A DNA stretch of 64,000 bases. It comes from a virus. The notes under the pieces were generated by a model. That model saw only the letters and a list, made by a program, of their open reading frames with translations. It made no database searches and had not been told where the DNA came from. Below are positions 16,039-25,508 of this stretch, in pieces. Each line of letters begins with the position of its first letter. The first letter of the stretch is position 1. The DNA is taken from IMG/VR virus record IMGVR_UViG_3300043410_001024, positions 1 to 64,000 of that record, one strand, 5' to 3'. The position numbers and the translations under genes were made by a program.

Positions 16039-16494
16039 TTATAGAGTTGCATCTTCCAACCCAGCGCACCGTAATTTTACAATGTTTGTAATTTGCCATT
16101 GTTTTTGATCAAGTGCTTTTGTAATGCCGAGCCATTTATTTCTAACTAATGCAAATTGATTGACAAGTTTATTGAATTCAACCACATCAGCCTCACCATC
16201 AACGTATTTTTCGCAATCTCGACTACTTAACATTCTGTTGTAATTTTCAAGATATTTACGGTAGGTTTGGCTGCGTAGTTGTTTCAGTTCAATGTTAAGA
16301 TATTCAAGGATAGCTTCAATTTCTTGAAGCTGTCCATATCTATGTTCAACTATGCCAGGCATTGCAGCAGCTGCTCTTTCAACATTTCCTTGAATTTTAC
16401 ATTCAAGTTTTGCTGATTCCAATTCACGATCATAGAAATCAATACAATCGGGAAGTTTAGTTGGATCTTTTGCTACCACATTATACCAGGCCAT
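16039..16494 (-). CDS. uvsY: Recombination mediator UvsY
   Basis: Helical 151 aa with KYVDGEADV and KALDQKQWQITNIVKLR; position downstream of uvsX. Confidence 0.85.
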   Translation of the reverse strand: MAWYNVVAKDPTKLPDCIDFYDRELESAKLECKIQGNVERAAAAMPGIVEHRYGQLQEIEAILEYLNIELKQLRSQTYRKYLENYNRMLSSRDCEKYVDGEADVVEFNKLVNQFALVRNKWLGITKALDQKQWQITNIVKLRCAGLEDATL

Positions 16495-16730
16495 TAGAAA
16501 TCCAATTCGTCGTAGTCATCAGTATCTGGTTCTTCATCATCTTCCAGATAATATTCAATTGCGTGATCCAATACTGAATCAGTGCCAATCGCTGCTTGCA
16601 ATGTTCTATCCCGAACTCCACTATCAGCTAACAGTTCGATATATCGTTCAGCAACGATATCTAATTGTTTCTTATCAATGTAGTCGGAAAAGAGCATCCA
16701 TACTTCGCCAATTTGCGTTTCATTAAGCAT
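16494..16730 (-). CDS. Small acidic hypothetical protein
   Basis: 78 aa, SD AAGGA, acidic tail, coupled to uvsY. Confidence 0.75.
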   Translation of the reverse strand: MLNETQIGEVWMLFSDYIDKKQLDIVAERYIELLADSGVRDRTLQAAIGTDSVLDHAIEYYLEDDEEPDTDDYDELDF

Positions 16731-16733
16731 TTA

Positions 16734-17807
16734 TTATTCCTTGTTTTCAATATCAATAATTTCGTCGTTAGATTGGTTTTTTGTCATAAGGTTATCAAAA
16801 TCATTCATAACTCTTATCAAAGAATTATTTTCATTTTTCATCCAAGCTTTTCTGAATTGTTTAATGAATGTTCCATCAGATAATGTACAAGATAAACTAT
16901 TACCATCTTTTGTTAATATTTTTTGTGTTTCAAAAAACTCAACTAACCCAGAGGTTGGATTCATACCAGTTGTATATGGTATTCTGACCTCTAATGTTTC
17001 AAATGGTTTTGCATATCGAGTTTTCATAATTTTACATGCTGCACGAATACCATTAACAGTAGATGTTTTATTTCCATCTTCATCTTCTTTTAATTTTAGT
17101 TTTTTCATTGCTACAACAATAGAACTAGCATAGATAAAACCTTGACCACCAGAAATTTTATCATCCGGGTCAAACATATCCTGAGATGCATAACTATGAT
17201 TAGTTGCGACTAAGCCAACATTATGACTACCGAACATATTTACACAATTTCTGACTAAAGCGGTAAGTGCCTTAGGTTTTCTACCCATATCACCTTTAAG
17301 GTCGCCATCGTCAAATTGTTTAATATCAGTTGGTGTTAATAACATACCTAGACTGTCGATTACGAATAATACTTTTGGTTTAGTATCCTCTGGCATTTCT
17401 TTATAATCGATCATAAAAGTACTAATAGTTTTAGCAACATCATCAATCATAGCCATAGATAATTTTAACAACTTATCCTCGGAAGTATCCACGCCTAGTG
17501 CGTGAAGCCACGCCTCATCTAATGCGTTTTCACTATCAATAAGAACAACATAAATGCCTTGTTCTTGGGCGTGTCTGATAATGTTTCCAGAACAAATATA
17601 ACTTTTTCCAGCACCGGAATCGCCAGCAAAAACTGTTACTTTTCCGAGTGGAATACCTTTGTGGAAATCTGAACTAATAAGATAATTTAGAGCAAAGTTT
17701 CCAGTTGATACCCAATCAGTTGGGTCATTGAAACCTACACCTAAACCATCGATGCTTTTTGTTAATGTTTTTCTAAATTTTGTTAAATCAAATGCGCGTG
17801 ATGCCAT
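16734..17807 (-). CDS. uvsX: RecA-like recombinase UvsX
   Basis: Walker A AGDSGAGKS, IDSENA, VIDSLG, ISGGQG, KTRY. Confidence 0.95.
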   Translation of the reverse strand: MASRAFDLTKFRKTLTKSIDGLGVGFNDPTDWVSTGNFALNYLISSDFHKGIPLGKVTVFAGDSGAGKSYICSGNIIRHAQEQGIYVVLIDSENALDEAWLHALGVDTSEDKLLKLSMAMIDDVAKTISTFMIDYKEMPEDTKPKVLFVIDSLGMLLTPTDIKQFDDGDLKGDMGRKPKALTALVRNCVNMFGSHNVGLVATNHSYASQDMFDPDDKISGGQGFIYASSIVVAMKKLKLKEDEDGNKTSTVNGIRAACKIMKTRYAKPFETLEVRIPYTTGMNPTSGLVEFFETQKILTKDGNSLSCTLSDGTFIKQFRKAWMKNENNSLIRVMNDFDNLMTKNQSNDEIIDIENKE

Positions 17808-17821
17808 CCTTGGCTCCTATT

Positions 17822-17852
17822 AAAAAAGGTGAGGGAGGAAACTACCTCCCTC
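17822..17852 (-). terminator. Intrinsic terminator after gp32
   Basis: GAGGGAGG/CCTCCCTC stem followed by a U run on the minus strand. Confidence 0.75.
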
Positions 17853-17865
17853 AACGAGAAATCAC

Positions 17866-18879
17866 TTACTGAGCTGCGTTGCGATTACGAATTGCAAGCA
17901 AGATATCTGCGGCGCGATTGTCAGCAGATGCGGTGGGTGTTTCAACCTTTGTTACTTGTGGTTCTGTTACGTCATCATCCCAAGGTAAGGATGATTCAAC
18001 AACAGTAGGAGCAACTGACACGGGTGCAGTTGGTGTTGGGGTGGATACAGCTTTCACTGGGTCACCAGTAGCTTGGTTTAAACTAGCTGGTTTGTAGTAT
18101 TGTCCCCACCGTGCAGGATCATAAGCTTCGCCATCGACTGATGCTTCGAACATTTCTTTGATGATGGCTAATTCAGCAGAAGTTGGTTTCTTAGGTAGAA
18201 ACTCTGAAAGATTGTGCAATCCATGACTCTCAATTGATTGTAATTCATCGGTAGACAATGGACGAGTTCTGCGTGACCAGGTTGATGTTGAATAATCAGC
18301 ATAACCACCTTTTGAACCTTTTTTCAAACGGAAATCTAATCCATTAATGTAATCAGTTGGTGAATCATCACCGAACTCTGGGTCCATCAATGCAGCACGA
18401 ATAATTGTAAAAATTTGTGGACCAATGATGAATCTTCTGATTGGATTTTCTGGCGCATCCTTTTCAGCAAGGCCATCCTCTGTTACAAATCCTTGGAAAA
18501 TATATGAACGTTTCATCCAATATTTTCTTGCGATAGGTTCTAATGCTGGATCTTTAAACCAACCACGAACTTCTGATAAGATTGGGCAATATGTACCATC
18601 GTTATACATCTCAACGCAAGGTACTTGAACTGTGACTTCTCTTGAATCGGTTTCACCTTTAATACCGGCGAATGGGAGTTTAATCATAGCACGTTCAACC
18701 CAAAAGAACGTATTGTTTTGATCTGCATCGGGGAGGAATCTGAATACTGCTTCCTTACCTTCTTGAATATTCCAGAATGGATAGATTGAATTGTCACCAG
18801 AGAAACGATTGTTACTGTTGGTGCCACGTGTTTCCGCTTGTTTTAATTTTGCACGAATTTCTGCTAATTTGTTTGTCAT
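17866..18879 (-). CDS. 32: Single-stranded DNA-binding protein (T4 gp32-like)
   Basis: RFLPD, VPCVEMY...CPI, KRSY, GLDFRL, GGYADYSTS; low-complexity tail. Confidence 0.9.
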   Translation of the reverse strand: MTNKLAEIRAKLKQAETRGTNSNNRFSGDNSIYPFWNIQEGKEAVFRFLPDADQNNTFFWVERAMIKLPFAGIKGETDSREVTVQVPCVEMYNDGTYCPILSEVRGWFKDPALEPIARKYWMKRSYIFQGFVTEDGLAEKDAPENPIRRFIIGPQIFTIIRAALMDPEFGDDSPTDYINGLDFRLKKGSKGGYADYSTSTWSRRTRPLSTDELQSIESHGLHNLSEFLPKKPTSAELAIIKEMFEASVDGEAYDPARWGQYYKPASLNQATGDPVKAVSTPTPTAPVSVAPTVVESSLPWDDDVTEPQVTKVETPTASADNRAADILLAIRNRNAAQ

Positions 18880-18985
18880 AATATAAGTCCCTTTAATATA
18901 TGCCTAAATGCCTATTAGTCAAACAACCCTGTTTGACCTATGCCTAAGAACCAAACTATCCTGTTCAGTTCTAAAGTATGTGATT

Positions 18986-19014
18986 ATTATATCGCATACT
19001 AATCATCTTGTCAA
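18986..19014 (-). promoter_or_regulatory. Consensus sigma70 promoter (proximal) for the gp32-uvsX-uvsY-uvsW operon
   Basis: TTGACA (19014-19009), 17 bp, TATAAT (18991-18986). Confidence 0.88.
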
Positions 19015-19069
19015 CTATTATTTTTAGTTAATTTGGATGAATTCTTGATTTGGCTAACCAAAAACACAT

Positions 19070-19098
19070 ATTATATTCTTGATTAGCCGTGTTGTCAA
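19070..19098 (-). promoter_or_regulatory. Consensus sigma70 promoter (distal) for gp32
   Basis: TTGACA (19098-19093), 17 bp, TATAAT (19075-19070); same AATAATAG upstream context as the proximal promoter. Confidence 0.88.
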
Positions 19099-19101
19099 CT
19101 A

Positions 19102-19962
19102 TTATTTTATTTTTGCTAATTCTACAATTCTAGCTAAATTGTCTTTGTCTTTATATGAAATTGATTCATGATGTCCTGCACGTGACCCGCTAGCAATACT
19201 AAGTGCTTCCGGCTCTCCCGGATATTGCCGACCACTGCCTGGATTTTCATACTCAGCTTTTACTGCTGCAACATATTTTGGATCACGCATGCCTGTCATA
19301 CCGTGCGCTTTAGCTACTTTATCGTTGTTATATTCTGAATCAAACATTGAGCCAAAGTCTGGAAATTCATCAGGTGAAATTGGTGTTACTGATCCCGAAG
19401 GTTGTGCAGCAGGTGTTTGAGGTTGCGCTACCGGCCCAGAGTATTCAGGTGTTTCAGAAGGCATACCAGGACCGCCTAAATCTGCAGGTAACGGCGCATC
19501 AGGATTATTTTTTCTAAAACTAGCAATTTGATACTTCTTTAACAATTCTGGATTCTCATCGGCCATTGCTCCAAAGTTCCAAGTTTTAACATTTGGATCA
19601 GAAGAATCTAAGCCTGGTTCATTTGGATCTAAGTATTTAGTGCTATACGGTTCCTCTTTCCAGTCAGAATAATCTGGATCAACATCTTGCTCGTTAGGCT
19701 TAACCGGAGCTGCCGGTTGAGCTGCAGGCTGCGCGGTTGGCGTGTTCAGCGTTGCGGTTCTAGCAGCGGATTGTGCTTGCCAATCCATTGCTGCTTTGGT
19801 TTTAGGACCCATTATACCATCTGGTTTTAACGGGTATCCTTGTGCAATCAAATCTTGTTGTATTTTTAATACCGCCGGATCTGATTTAGCTTCCATCATA
19901 GCCATTTTCCCATTTAATCGATTGACCCTAGCAAGTAATGTTTTTTCGGTAATCTTTTTCAT
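19102..19962 (-). CDS. Low-complexity protein with peptidoglycan-binding-like domain; putative internal head protein
   Basis: VLKIQQDLIAQGYPLKPDGIMGPKT (PG_binding_1-like); N-term MKKITE; C-term LARIVELAKIK. Confidence 0.7.
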   Translation of the reverse strand: MKKITEKTLLARVNRLNGKMAMMEAKSDPAVLKIQQDLIAQGYPLKPDGIMGPKTKAAMDWQAQSAARTATLNTPTAQPAAQPAAPVKPNEQDVDPDYSDWKEEPYSTKYLDPNEPGLDSSDPNVKTWNFGAMADENPELLKKYQIASFRKNNPDAPLPADLGGPGMPSETPEYSGPVAQPQTPAAQPSGSVTPISPDEFPDFGSMFDSEYNNDKVAKAHGMTGMRDPKYVAAVKAEYENPGSGRQYPGEPEALSIASGSRAGHHESISYKDKDNLARIVELAKIK

Positions 19963-19966
19963 AGTT

Positions 19967-21145
19967 TTACAATCTTGCTAATTTTAAAATTCTGGATAGT
20001 TCATCTGATTCTTTGAATACTTGAACTTCCGATGATTTTTGAGGGGGTTCGTTAGCTGCTGGTGCCGCTGCTGGCGCAGGTGTCGCTGCTGGTGCCGCTG
20101 CTGGTGCAGGTTGTAAACTTTGAAAGTTTGGTGTAATAGCGGCGGCCGCTTGGTTAGCAACTGGTTGTGTACTTCCTGCTGTAACTGGTGGCGTCGTTGT
20201 ATCCGCGTTTACTTTTGCATTTGGGAACACTTGGTGAACTTTTTGTGCAATTACAGCCGGATCAGTTCCAAGTTTTTTCATTTGGGCAACATATTCATCG
20301 GCTGATTTTTGATTGGCAGCTGCATAATCTTGTTCAATTTTAGAATGATTATTGTATATAGAATCGTATGCTTCTTGGGTTTTTGGACCCCAAATACCAT
20401 CAACATTAAGTTTAGCACCTTTTGAATTTAAGTCTTGTTGAAGTGCCGCAACTTTTGGATTCATACCAGCACCACCGTGTCCACCACCGTGTCCACCAGT
20501 TTTTCCACCATGTTTTGCACCACCTTTTGGTTGTGCGGCGGTTTGACCTTTGGGCGGTGTTCCACCACTAGTTGCACCATTATATACACCAGATACAAAA
20601 TCGCCAACACCTTGTGCCATATTCGCTGCTGTTTTACCAACTCCTTGTCCAATATCACCTAAGTGATTTGCTGCATAACTTAAATCATCACCAACATTTG
20701 ATGCAAATTTGGTAATTGGATCATACCAATGCCCACTAGCATCTTGCGCTGGTTGTGCTGCGGTCGCACCTTGTTGTTTAGGTGGGGTTACAGGAGGCAG
20801 TGGGTTGTTAATAGCGTTGTCAACAACTCCACCTGGTATACCGCCTTGCGGTTGTATACGAGGACTTGTTTGTGTTGATGCAGGGTCAACTGGGAATGGT
20901 TTAACATTTCCAGATGGCGAATTTGTTCTCGATGGATCTGCATGACGCTCACCAGGTTTTACCGCCGATGGGAACATCAAGTTGTTGTTCGGGTTTTGAT
21001 CGCCACCGTATTGCCCTTGTGAGGGCGATGCTGGTGGATTAAGTTGTAACTCATTTGGGGATGGTTTAAGTGGTCCCGCCTCGTTCACCTTTGCACGAAG
21101 CTGTGCAACTCTATCTATTAATTGGCTTTCTGTAATTTTTTTCAT
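19967..21145 (-). CDS. Paralogous Pro/Gln/Gly-rich protein with peptidoglycan-binding-like domain; putative internal head protein
   Basis: VAALQQDLNSKGAKLNVDGIWGPKT; N-term MKKITE; C-term ESDELSRILKLARL. Confidence 0.7.
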   Translation of the reverse strand: MKKITESQLIDRVAQLRAKVNEAGPLKPSPNELQLNPPASPSQGQYGGDQNPNNNLMFPSAVKPGERHADPSRTNSPSGNVKPFPVDPASTQTSPRIQPQGGIPGGVVDNAINNPLPPVTPPKQQGATAAQPAQDASGHWYDPITKFASNVGDDLSYAANHLGDIGQGVGKTAANMAQGVGDFVSGVYNGATSGGTPPKGQTAAQPKGGAKHGGKTGGHGGGHGGAGMNPKVAALQQDLNSKGAKLNVDGIWGPKTQEAYDSIYNNHSKIEQDYAAANQKSADEYVAQMKKLGTDPAVIAQKVHQVFPNAKVNADTTTPPVTAGSTQPVANQAAAAITPNFQSLQPAPAAAPAATPAPAAAPAANEPPQKSSEVQVFKESDELSRILKLARL

Positions 21146-23238
21146 TTATATATTCCTGCAAATCTTTTGATTTTATCCAGCTCACTTTCCATAACTGGTT
21201 CTTCTTGCATATAAATCATCTTGTCAAACATATGTTTTTCACGATTATCGGTATCGATATCATCTAACGAGGTCGGTTCGACGCTGGCATCCGTACTTGG
21301 ATCTTTTTTAGTGATGAATAACAATGCTTGTTTGACGTCATCCTCGGTTGCGGATGGGCATTCGCCATCTTGAAACGCTTTGACAACTTTAATTTTAGCA
21401 CGAGTTCCACCGATTGTAAAATTTTTGTCGGTGGCATTCCAGAATCCTGAAATTACTTTGAGTAATTCATCAACCCCAGATGACCGCGATTGTTCTTTAT
21501 TTGATGAAAATCCGCATTCTTCATTATCTAATCCGCATTCTTTAATTGCGTCACGAATAGTAATTCCTTCAGCAATTATAGAATCTAACGTTGCACCAGC
21601 CATTTTCGCTTTAATAAATTTAGCTCGCATTTTAATACTTTCCGCAACTGGAGCTGGTGGAACTGTTGCACCCATTGGTGGTGCTGGAGGCATTTCTCCA
21701 CCCATTGGTGGTGCTGGAGGCATTTCTCCACCCATCGGTGGTGCTGGTGGAACTTCCCCGCCCATTGGTGGCGCGGGTGGTGCTTCCCCGCCCATTGGTG
21801 GTGCTGGAGGCATTTCTCCACCTGCCGGTGGTTCCGCGCCAGCCGGTGATTCTCCACCAATTTCAGCTGGGGATTTTGAATCCAAGTTAGGTAATAACGG
21901 GATTATTTCTGGTTCTTTATCTAGTAAGTATTGTTTAAGTTCGTTTCTAATTTCAGAATCGGTCTTAAGAACAGAGATTTTATTAGTGAAACTTCGGTCA
22001 TCGATAAGTCCACGTAATGCTAATACCCCGGCTTCGCCACCAGCTAATTCTGATGAAAGAAGTATATTTAAATCTTTGATTGCTTTATTTCTAGCACCAG
22101 GCATCTCGCTAAACAATTCATCTTTATCCTCACTAATAATTCGATTTAAGAATGTTTCTAGTATTAAAGATGGATTGTATGATGAAATCTTATTAGGGCG
22201 GGGTGCAACTGATTCTGACAAAAGATCATCGATATCACTCATATCTAGTTCACGCACTGGCAACGAACTGGTTTCCATAATATTATATAAGTATGGGAAT
22301 ACTTGTTTAATATCTTCATTAAATGAACGTATAGTTAATCTATCTTGCCAATCTTGCATTATAGATTCTGGTATTTCTTGTGCGTCATATTCTTGGAAAT
22401 TTTCAGCAAATTGTTCATAATATGATTTACGTTGTAATTGTTGAACTTCTTTTTTTACAGCATCAATACGTTCAACCACTTTATCAGTAATTGTTCCCAT
22501 TGCTTCTGACAATTGAGTTTGGCGACCAACGTAATTTTTAAATTTGCGTAATTGTGTAAGTTCTTCACTTAAACCAACAATGTGTCGGCCAATTGAATCA
22601 TATGGGGTACCGCCATGTTTAATATGTTCGGCAATTGCTCTTGCACCGTGCAAGTGTTTATACGGATATTTGAAGCGTTCACCATCACTATTTTCTATAT
22701 AAATGCTTTCGATATTCATAGAGCGACCGGCAGCAAGATTTGGATTTACTGGCTTATTGTGTTTTACAACCAACTTAGCCTCGCCTAAATCTTGGTAGCT
22801 GATACGGCTCGTACCAAACATTTTGTTTTCCATCATTGTAAATTCCTTTGGTTTTGCACGAAATTCATAATCGCGTTTATCTAAGTTACTTTTACCGATG
22901 TTTTGCACGTCGTAATTTAATAACCGTTTTTTAGCGAATAATCTGAATGAACGTAGAAATGTATACAAATCATCATCAGCTGCCATAGAGGTTTCTGATA
23001 GGTTTGATAGCTCGTCGCTTAGTTGAATTACAACCCCATCATCTTGATCTAATGTAATAGCAATCGTACCAAGAGGTTCGCCATTATGTTCATATTCGAA
23101 TTCAAAAAATCTGGCGTTTGGAATATCTGTTTTTTTACTTAAAACTTCAGCATTCTCATCTCCCATCTTAATTTGTGGGAAACGTGTTCTAATTTTGCCA
23201 TAAAGATCTTTGGCAACTTGATCTAAATTATTGTCCAT
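21142..23238 (-). CDS. Large virion/prohead-associated protein with Pro-rich linker
   Basis: 698 aa, late motif directly upstream, many hydrophobic-x-E sites, C-term ESELDKIKRFAGI; next to the terminase. Confidence 0.7.
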   Translation of the reverse strand: MDNNLDQVAKDLYGKIRTRFPQIKMGDENAEVLSKKTDIPNARFFEFEYEHNGEPLGTIAITLDQDDGVVIQLSDELSNLSETSMAADDDLYTFLRSFRLFAKKRLLNYDVQNIGKSNLDKRDYEFRAKPKEFTMMENKMFGTSRISYQDLGEAKLVVKHNKPVNPNLAAGRSMNIESIYIENSDGERFKYPYKHLHGARAIAEHIKHGGTPYDSIGRHIVGLSEELTQLRKFKNYVGRQTQLSEAMGTITDKVVERIDAVKKEVQQLQRKSYYEQFAENFQEYDAQEIPESIMQDWQDRLTIRSFNEDIKQVFPYLYNIMETSSLPVRELDMSDIDDLLSESVAPRPNKISSYNPSLILETFLNRIISEDKDELFSEMPGARNKAIKDLNILLSSELAGGEAGVLALRGLIDDRSFTNKISVLKTDSEIRNELKQYLLDKEPEIIPLLPNLDSKSPAEIGGESPAGAEPPAGGEMPPAPPMGGEAPPAPPMGGEVPPAPPMGGEMPPAPPMGGEMPPAPPMGATVPPAPVAESIKMRAKFIKAKMAGATLDSIIAEGITIRDAIKECGLDNEECGFSSNKEQSRSSGVDELLKVISGFWNATDKNFTIGGTRAKIKVVKAFQDGECPSATEDDVKQALLFITKKDPSTDASVEPTSLDDIDTDNREKHMFDKMIYMQEEPVMESELDKIKRFAGIYK
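21653..21822 (-). repeat. 30-bp coding tandem repeat, (PPAPPMGGEx) about 5.5 copies
   Basis: CCCAT(T/C)GGTG recurs at 21671, 21701, 21731, 21761 and 21791. Confidence 0.95.
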
Positions 23239-23242
23239 TTTG

Positions 23243-23249
23243 TATTTAT
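23243..23249 (-). promoter_or_regulatory. Late-promoter motif 4 nt before the ATG
   Basis: ATAAATA-CAAA-ATG. Confidence 0.6.
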
Positions 23250-23256
23250 CCTTGTG

Positions 23257-24849
23257 TTAATAATACGATGAAACAAACACTGGCAATGGTGGTTCCCAGT
23301 CTTCATCCAATTCCTCAATACTCAATGTTTCAAAAATACTTGGATCCCATTCAGCTAATACAGAACTCATTCGTACAACCAACAATACCGCTGATACTAA
23401 ATCATCATGTGCCCCTTGTTTAGCTTTAAAACTAACACCAGATGCAATAAACGTCTTTAATTCACTAATGAATGCACGACTGTTTATTTTCATTTTATCT
23501 TCTTCTATTAAATATTTTAATCTAGCACAAGACGAAATCTTGTTACCAAATGTTGTGTTAAATCCTTTTCTAAACTTTTTAACGTGGCCCTTTTTCATTG
23601 GTTCACTTAGAAATAATCCAGGAAAAGATTCCTCACCAAGATTTTCAATTGTAATAAGCGCACTATCACCAACAGTATTATTTTCAATAGACCAATAGAT
23701 AGAATTAGTATTATCGATTCCAATTTCAGTTTGAATATATTTTAATACTTCTCGAAGCATAATACATTGTGTGTGAATAGGCGTTATGTTATGCTGCCAT
23801 TCTGCAATTTGTGTAAAACTAGGTAATTCAAATACCTCAATACCAGAAAAATCACCCCCAGTACCCAAGCACGGATCTAATGCCACCATATATAAATTAC
23901 CAGGTGTTGGCTTTTTAAACCAACGAACTTCACCCATTTTAAATAATGGTTCTCGCCCGATTAACTCTGTTAATTTAAGACTGTTAATAAGTGTTTCATC
24001 GTATACCAAGAATTCGCAGTTAAATTCTCGTCTAAATCGTTCTTCACCAATACGACCAATTTCGTCTCTTTTCCAATCCTCGTCTCGGTCTGGGTGTTCC
24101 CACCAGTCAGCTTTATATCCATAAAACCCATTTCGTCCAATACCATCTTGACGTTCGTTTCCATATTCATCGAACAAGTCTTTACTTTCTTTCCATATTA
24201 ATGCAAATTGGTCTTCATCTGAATTTGGGGTTGATGTAATAATCGCCCGTCCACCAGTTGATAATGTTGGTGAAATAGATGTCCAAAACTCATTGGCAAT
24301 ATTGGGTTGCACGAATGCAAACTCATCGCAATACAATAAAGAAATAGAAAGACCACGACCTGTGGTACCAGTGGTTGTTTGACTTATTATTCTGGAACCA
24401 TTATCGAATTCCATACTTCCTTTGTTATAGCTAGTTACACCAGCTCGTAAGTAATCTGGACACAATTCATATCCATATCTAATACGTTGCATAATCTCTT
24501 GCGCACCTGTAAATTTATGCGCGGCAACCAAAATAGTTTGATCTGGATGGAACATCGCATACCATAATAGATACGCGGATGCGCATGTGGTTTTACCAGA
24601 TTGTCGCGGTAACATATTAACATTAAATCGACGGGTATGATAACTATTCAAAAGTCCAATTTGGTAATCAAATGGTTCGAAAAGTAATTTACCACGAGTT
24701 GGGTGTTGAATATGAAAGAAGTTTTTTGAAAAATGGATGTAACCATTTTCAGTATCCATACAGGCTAACATATCTTGTATATGTTGTTCTGTCCATTGTT
24801 GTTTGATGTGTGCGCGTTTTGTTAGCGCATTATCGACATTTCTGCCCAT
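23257..24849 (-). CDS. 17: Terminase large subunit (T4 gp17-like)
   Basis: LPRQSGKTT, LLYCDEFAF, ITSTPN, FRREFNCEF, ALDP, HDDLV; uninterrupted. CTAAATA at 24874-24868. Confidence 0.96.
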   Translation of the reverse strand: MGRNVDNALTKRAHIKQQWTEQHIQDMLACMDTENGYIHFSKNFFHIQHPTRGKLLFEPFDYQIGLLNSYHTRRFNVNMLPRQSGKTTCASAYLLWYAMFHPDQTILVAAHKFTGAQEIMQRIRYGYELCPDYLRAGVTSYNKGSMEFDNGSRIISQTTTGTTGRGLSISLLYCDEFAFVQPNIANEFWTSISPTLSTGGRAIITSTPNSDEDQFALIWKESKDLFDEYGNERQDGIGRNGFYGYKADWWEHPDRDEDWKRDEIGRIGEERFRREFNCEFLVYDETLINSLKLTELIGREPLFKMGEVRWFKKPTPGNLYMVALDPCLGTGGDFSGIEVFELPSFTQIAEWQHNITPIHTQCIMLREVLKYIQTEIGIDNTNSIYWSIENNTVGDSALITIENLGEESFPGLFLSEPMKKGHVKKFRKGFNTTFGNKISSCARLKYLIEEDKMKINSRAFISELKTFIASGVSFKAKQGAHDDLVSAVLLVVRMSSVLAEWDPSIFETLSIEELDEDWEPPLPVFVSSYY

Positions 24850-24895
24850 GTTATAATCTCCATACTTTATTTAGTGTATAGGATTTACATAAGAC

Positions 24896-24919
24896 AAAAA
24901 AATAGCCCCGAAGGGCTAT
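24896..24919 (-). terminator. Intrinsic terminator with UUCG loop
   Basis: AUAGCCC-UUCG-GGGCUAU followed by a U run. Confidence 0.85.
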
Positions 24920-24925
24920 GATTTG

Positions 24926-25507
24926 TTAACGATTTTTGATTTCTCTATATAATCTATGTAAGTTATTAATTAGTGATTCCGCCATTGGGTTTTCACCACC
25001 ATTAACTTTTGGTGGGGCGGCTCTACCTTTACTTGCTAAGTCATCACCGGTTGCGGTAATCGCAGAAATAGCGAGAGTTGTGGGGCCAAGTCCACCGGCA
25101 ATAGAATTACCAAACGTTTCGTCTGCGTGTTCATCACCACCATCGTCATCGACGTCAAATTCTGGTTCATCGATATTGTGTTGTGATAATTCATCTGGTG
25201 CGATTTCTTGTTCATCACCGTGTTTAATAACCATCATATCTTCGATACTAGGTGAACTAAATTCGCTATCACCACCAACAACCATTGTACCGTGAGCTGG
25301 GTCATCTTTTGGTTTGTCCATATTACGTAAGACATCCAAGATGTCACGGATACCACCGGCACCTTGACCACTAACGGTAATATTCATATTGACTGAATCT
25401 TGTTGTGGTTGGTGTCCCATATCTGGACTACCGCCGCATCCGCATTCATCTAGCTGCTTACCAGAATCAATTGCGTTAAGTTTTTTATTTAAATCGACAA
25501 AGTTCAT
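24926..25507 (-). CDS. Acidic low-complexity protein; putative prohead core/internal protein
   Basis: 193 aa, LDE and MAE sites, helical ends; in the head block. Confidence 0.65.
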   Translation of the reverse strand: MNFVDLNKKLNAIDSGKQLDECGCGGSPDMGHQPQQDSVNMNITVSGQGAGGIRDILDVLRNMDKPKDDPAHGTMVVGGDSEFSSPSIEDMMVIKHGDEQEIAPDELSQHNIDEPEFDVDDDGGDEHADETFGNSIAGGLGPTTLAISAITATGDDLASKGRAAPPKVNGGENPMAESLINNLHRLYREIKNR

Positions 25508-25508
25508 A

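Noticed and set aside
21380-22420. 346-aa plus-strand ORF and other long antisense ORFs (e.g. 42263-42844, 48784-49140, 58856-59356)
   Set aside because: Shadow frames of real minus-strand genes with biased or repetitive codons.
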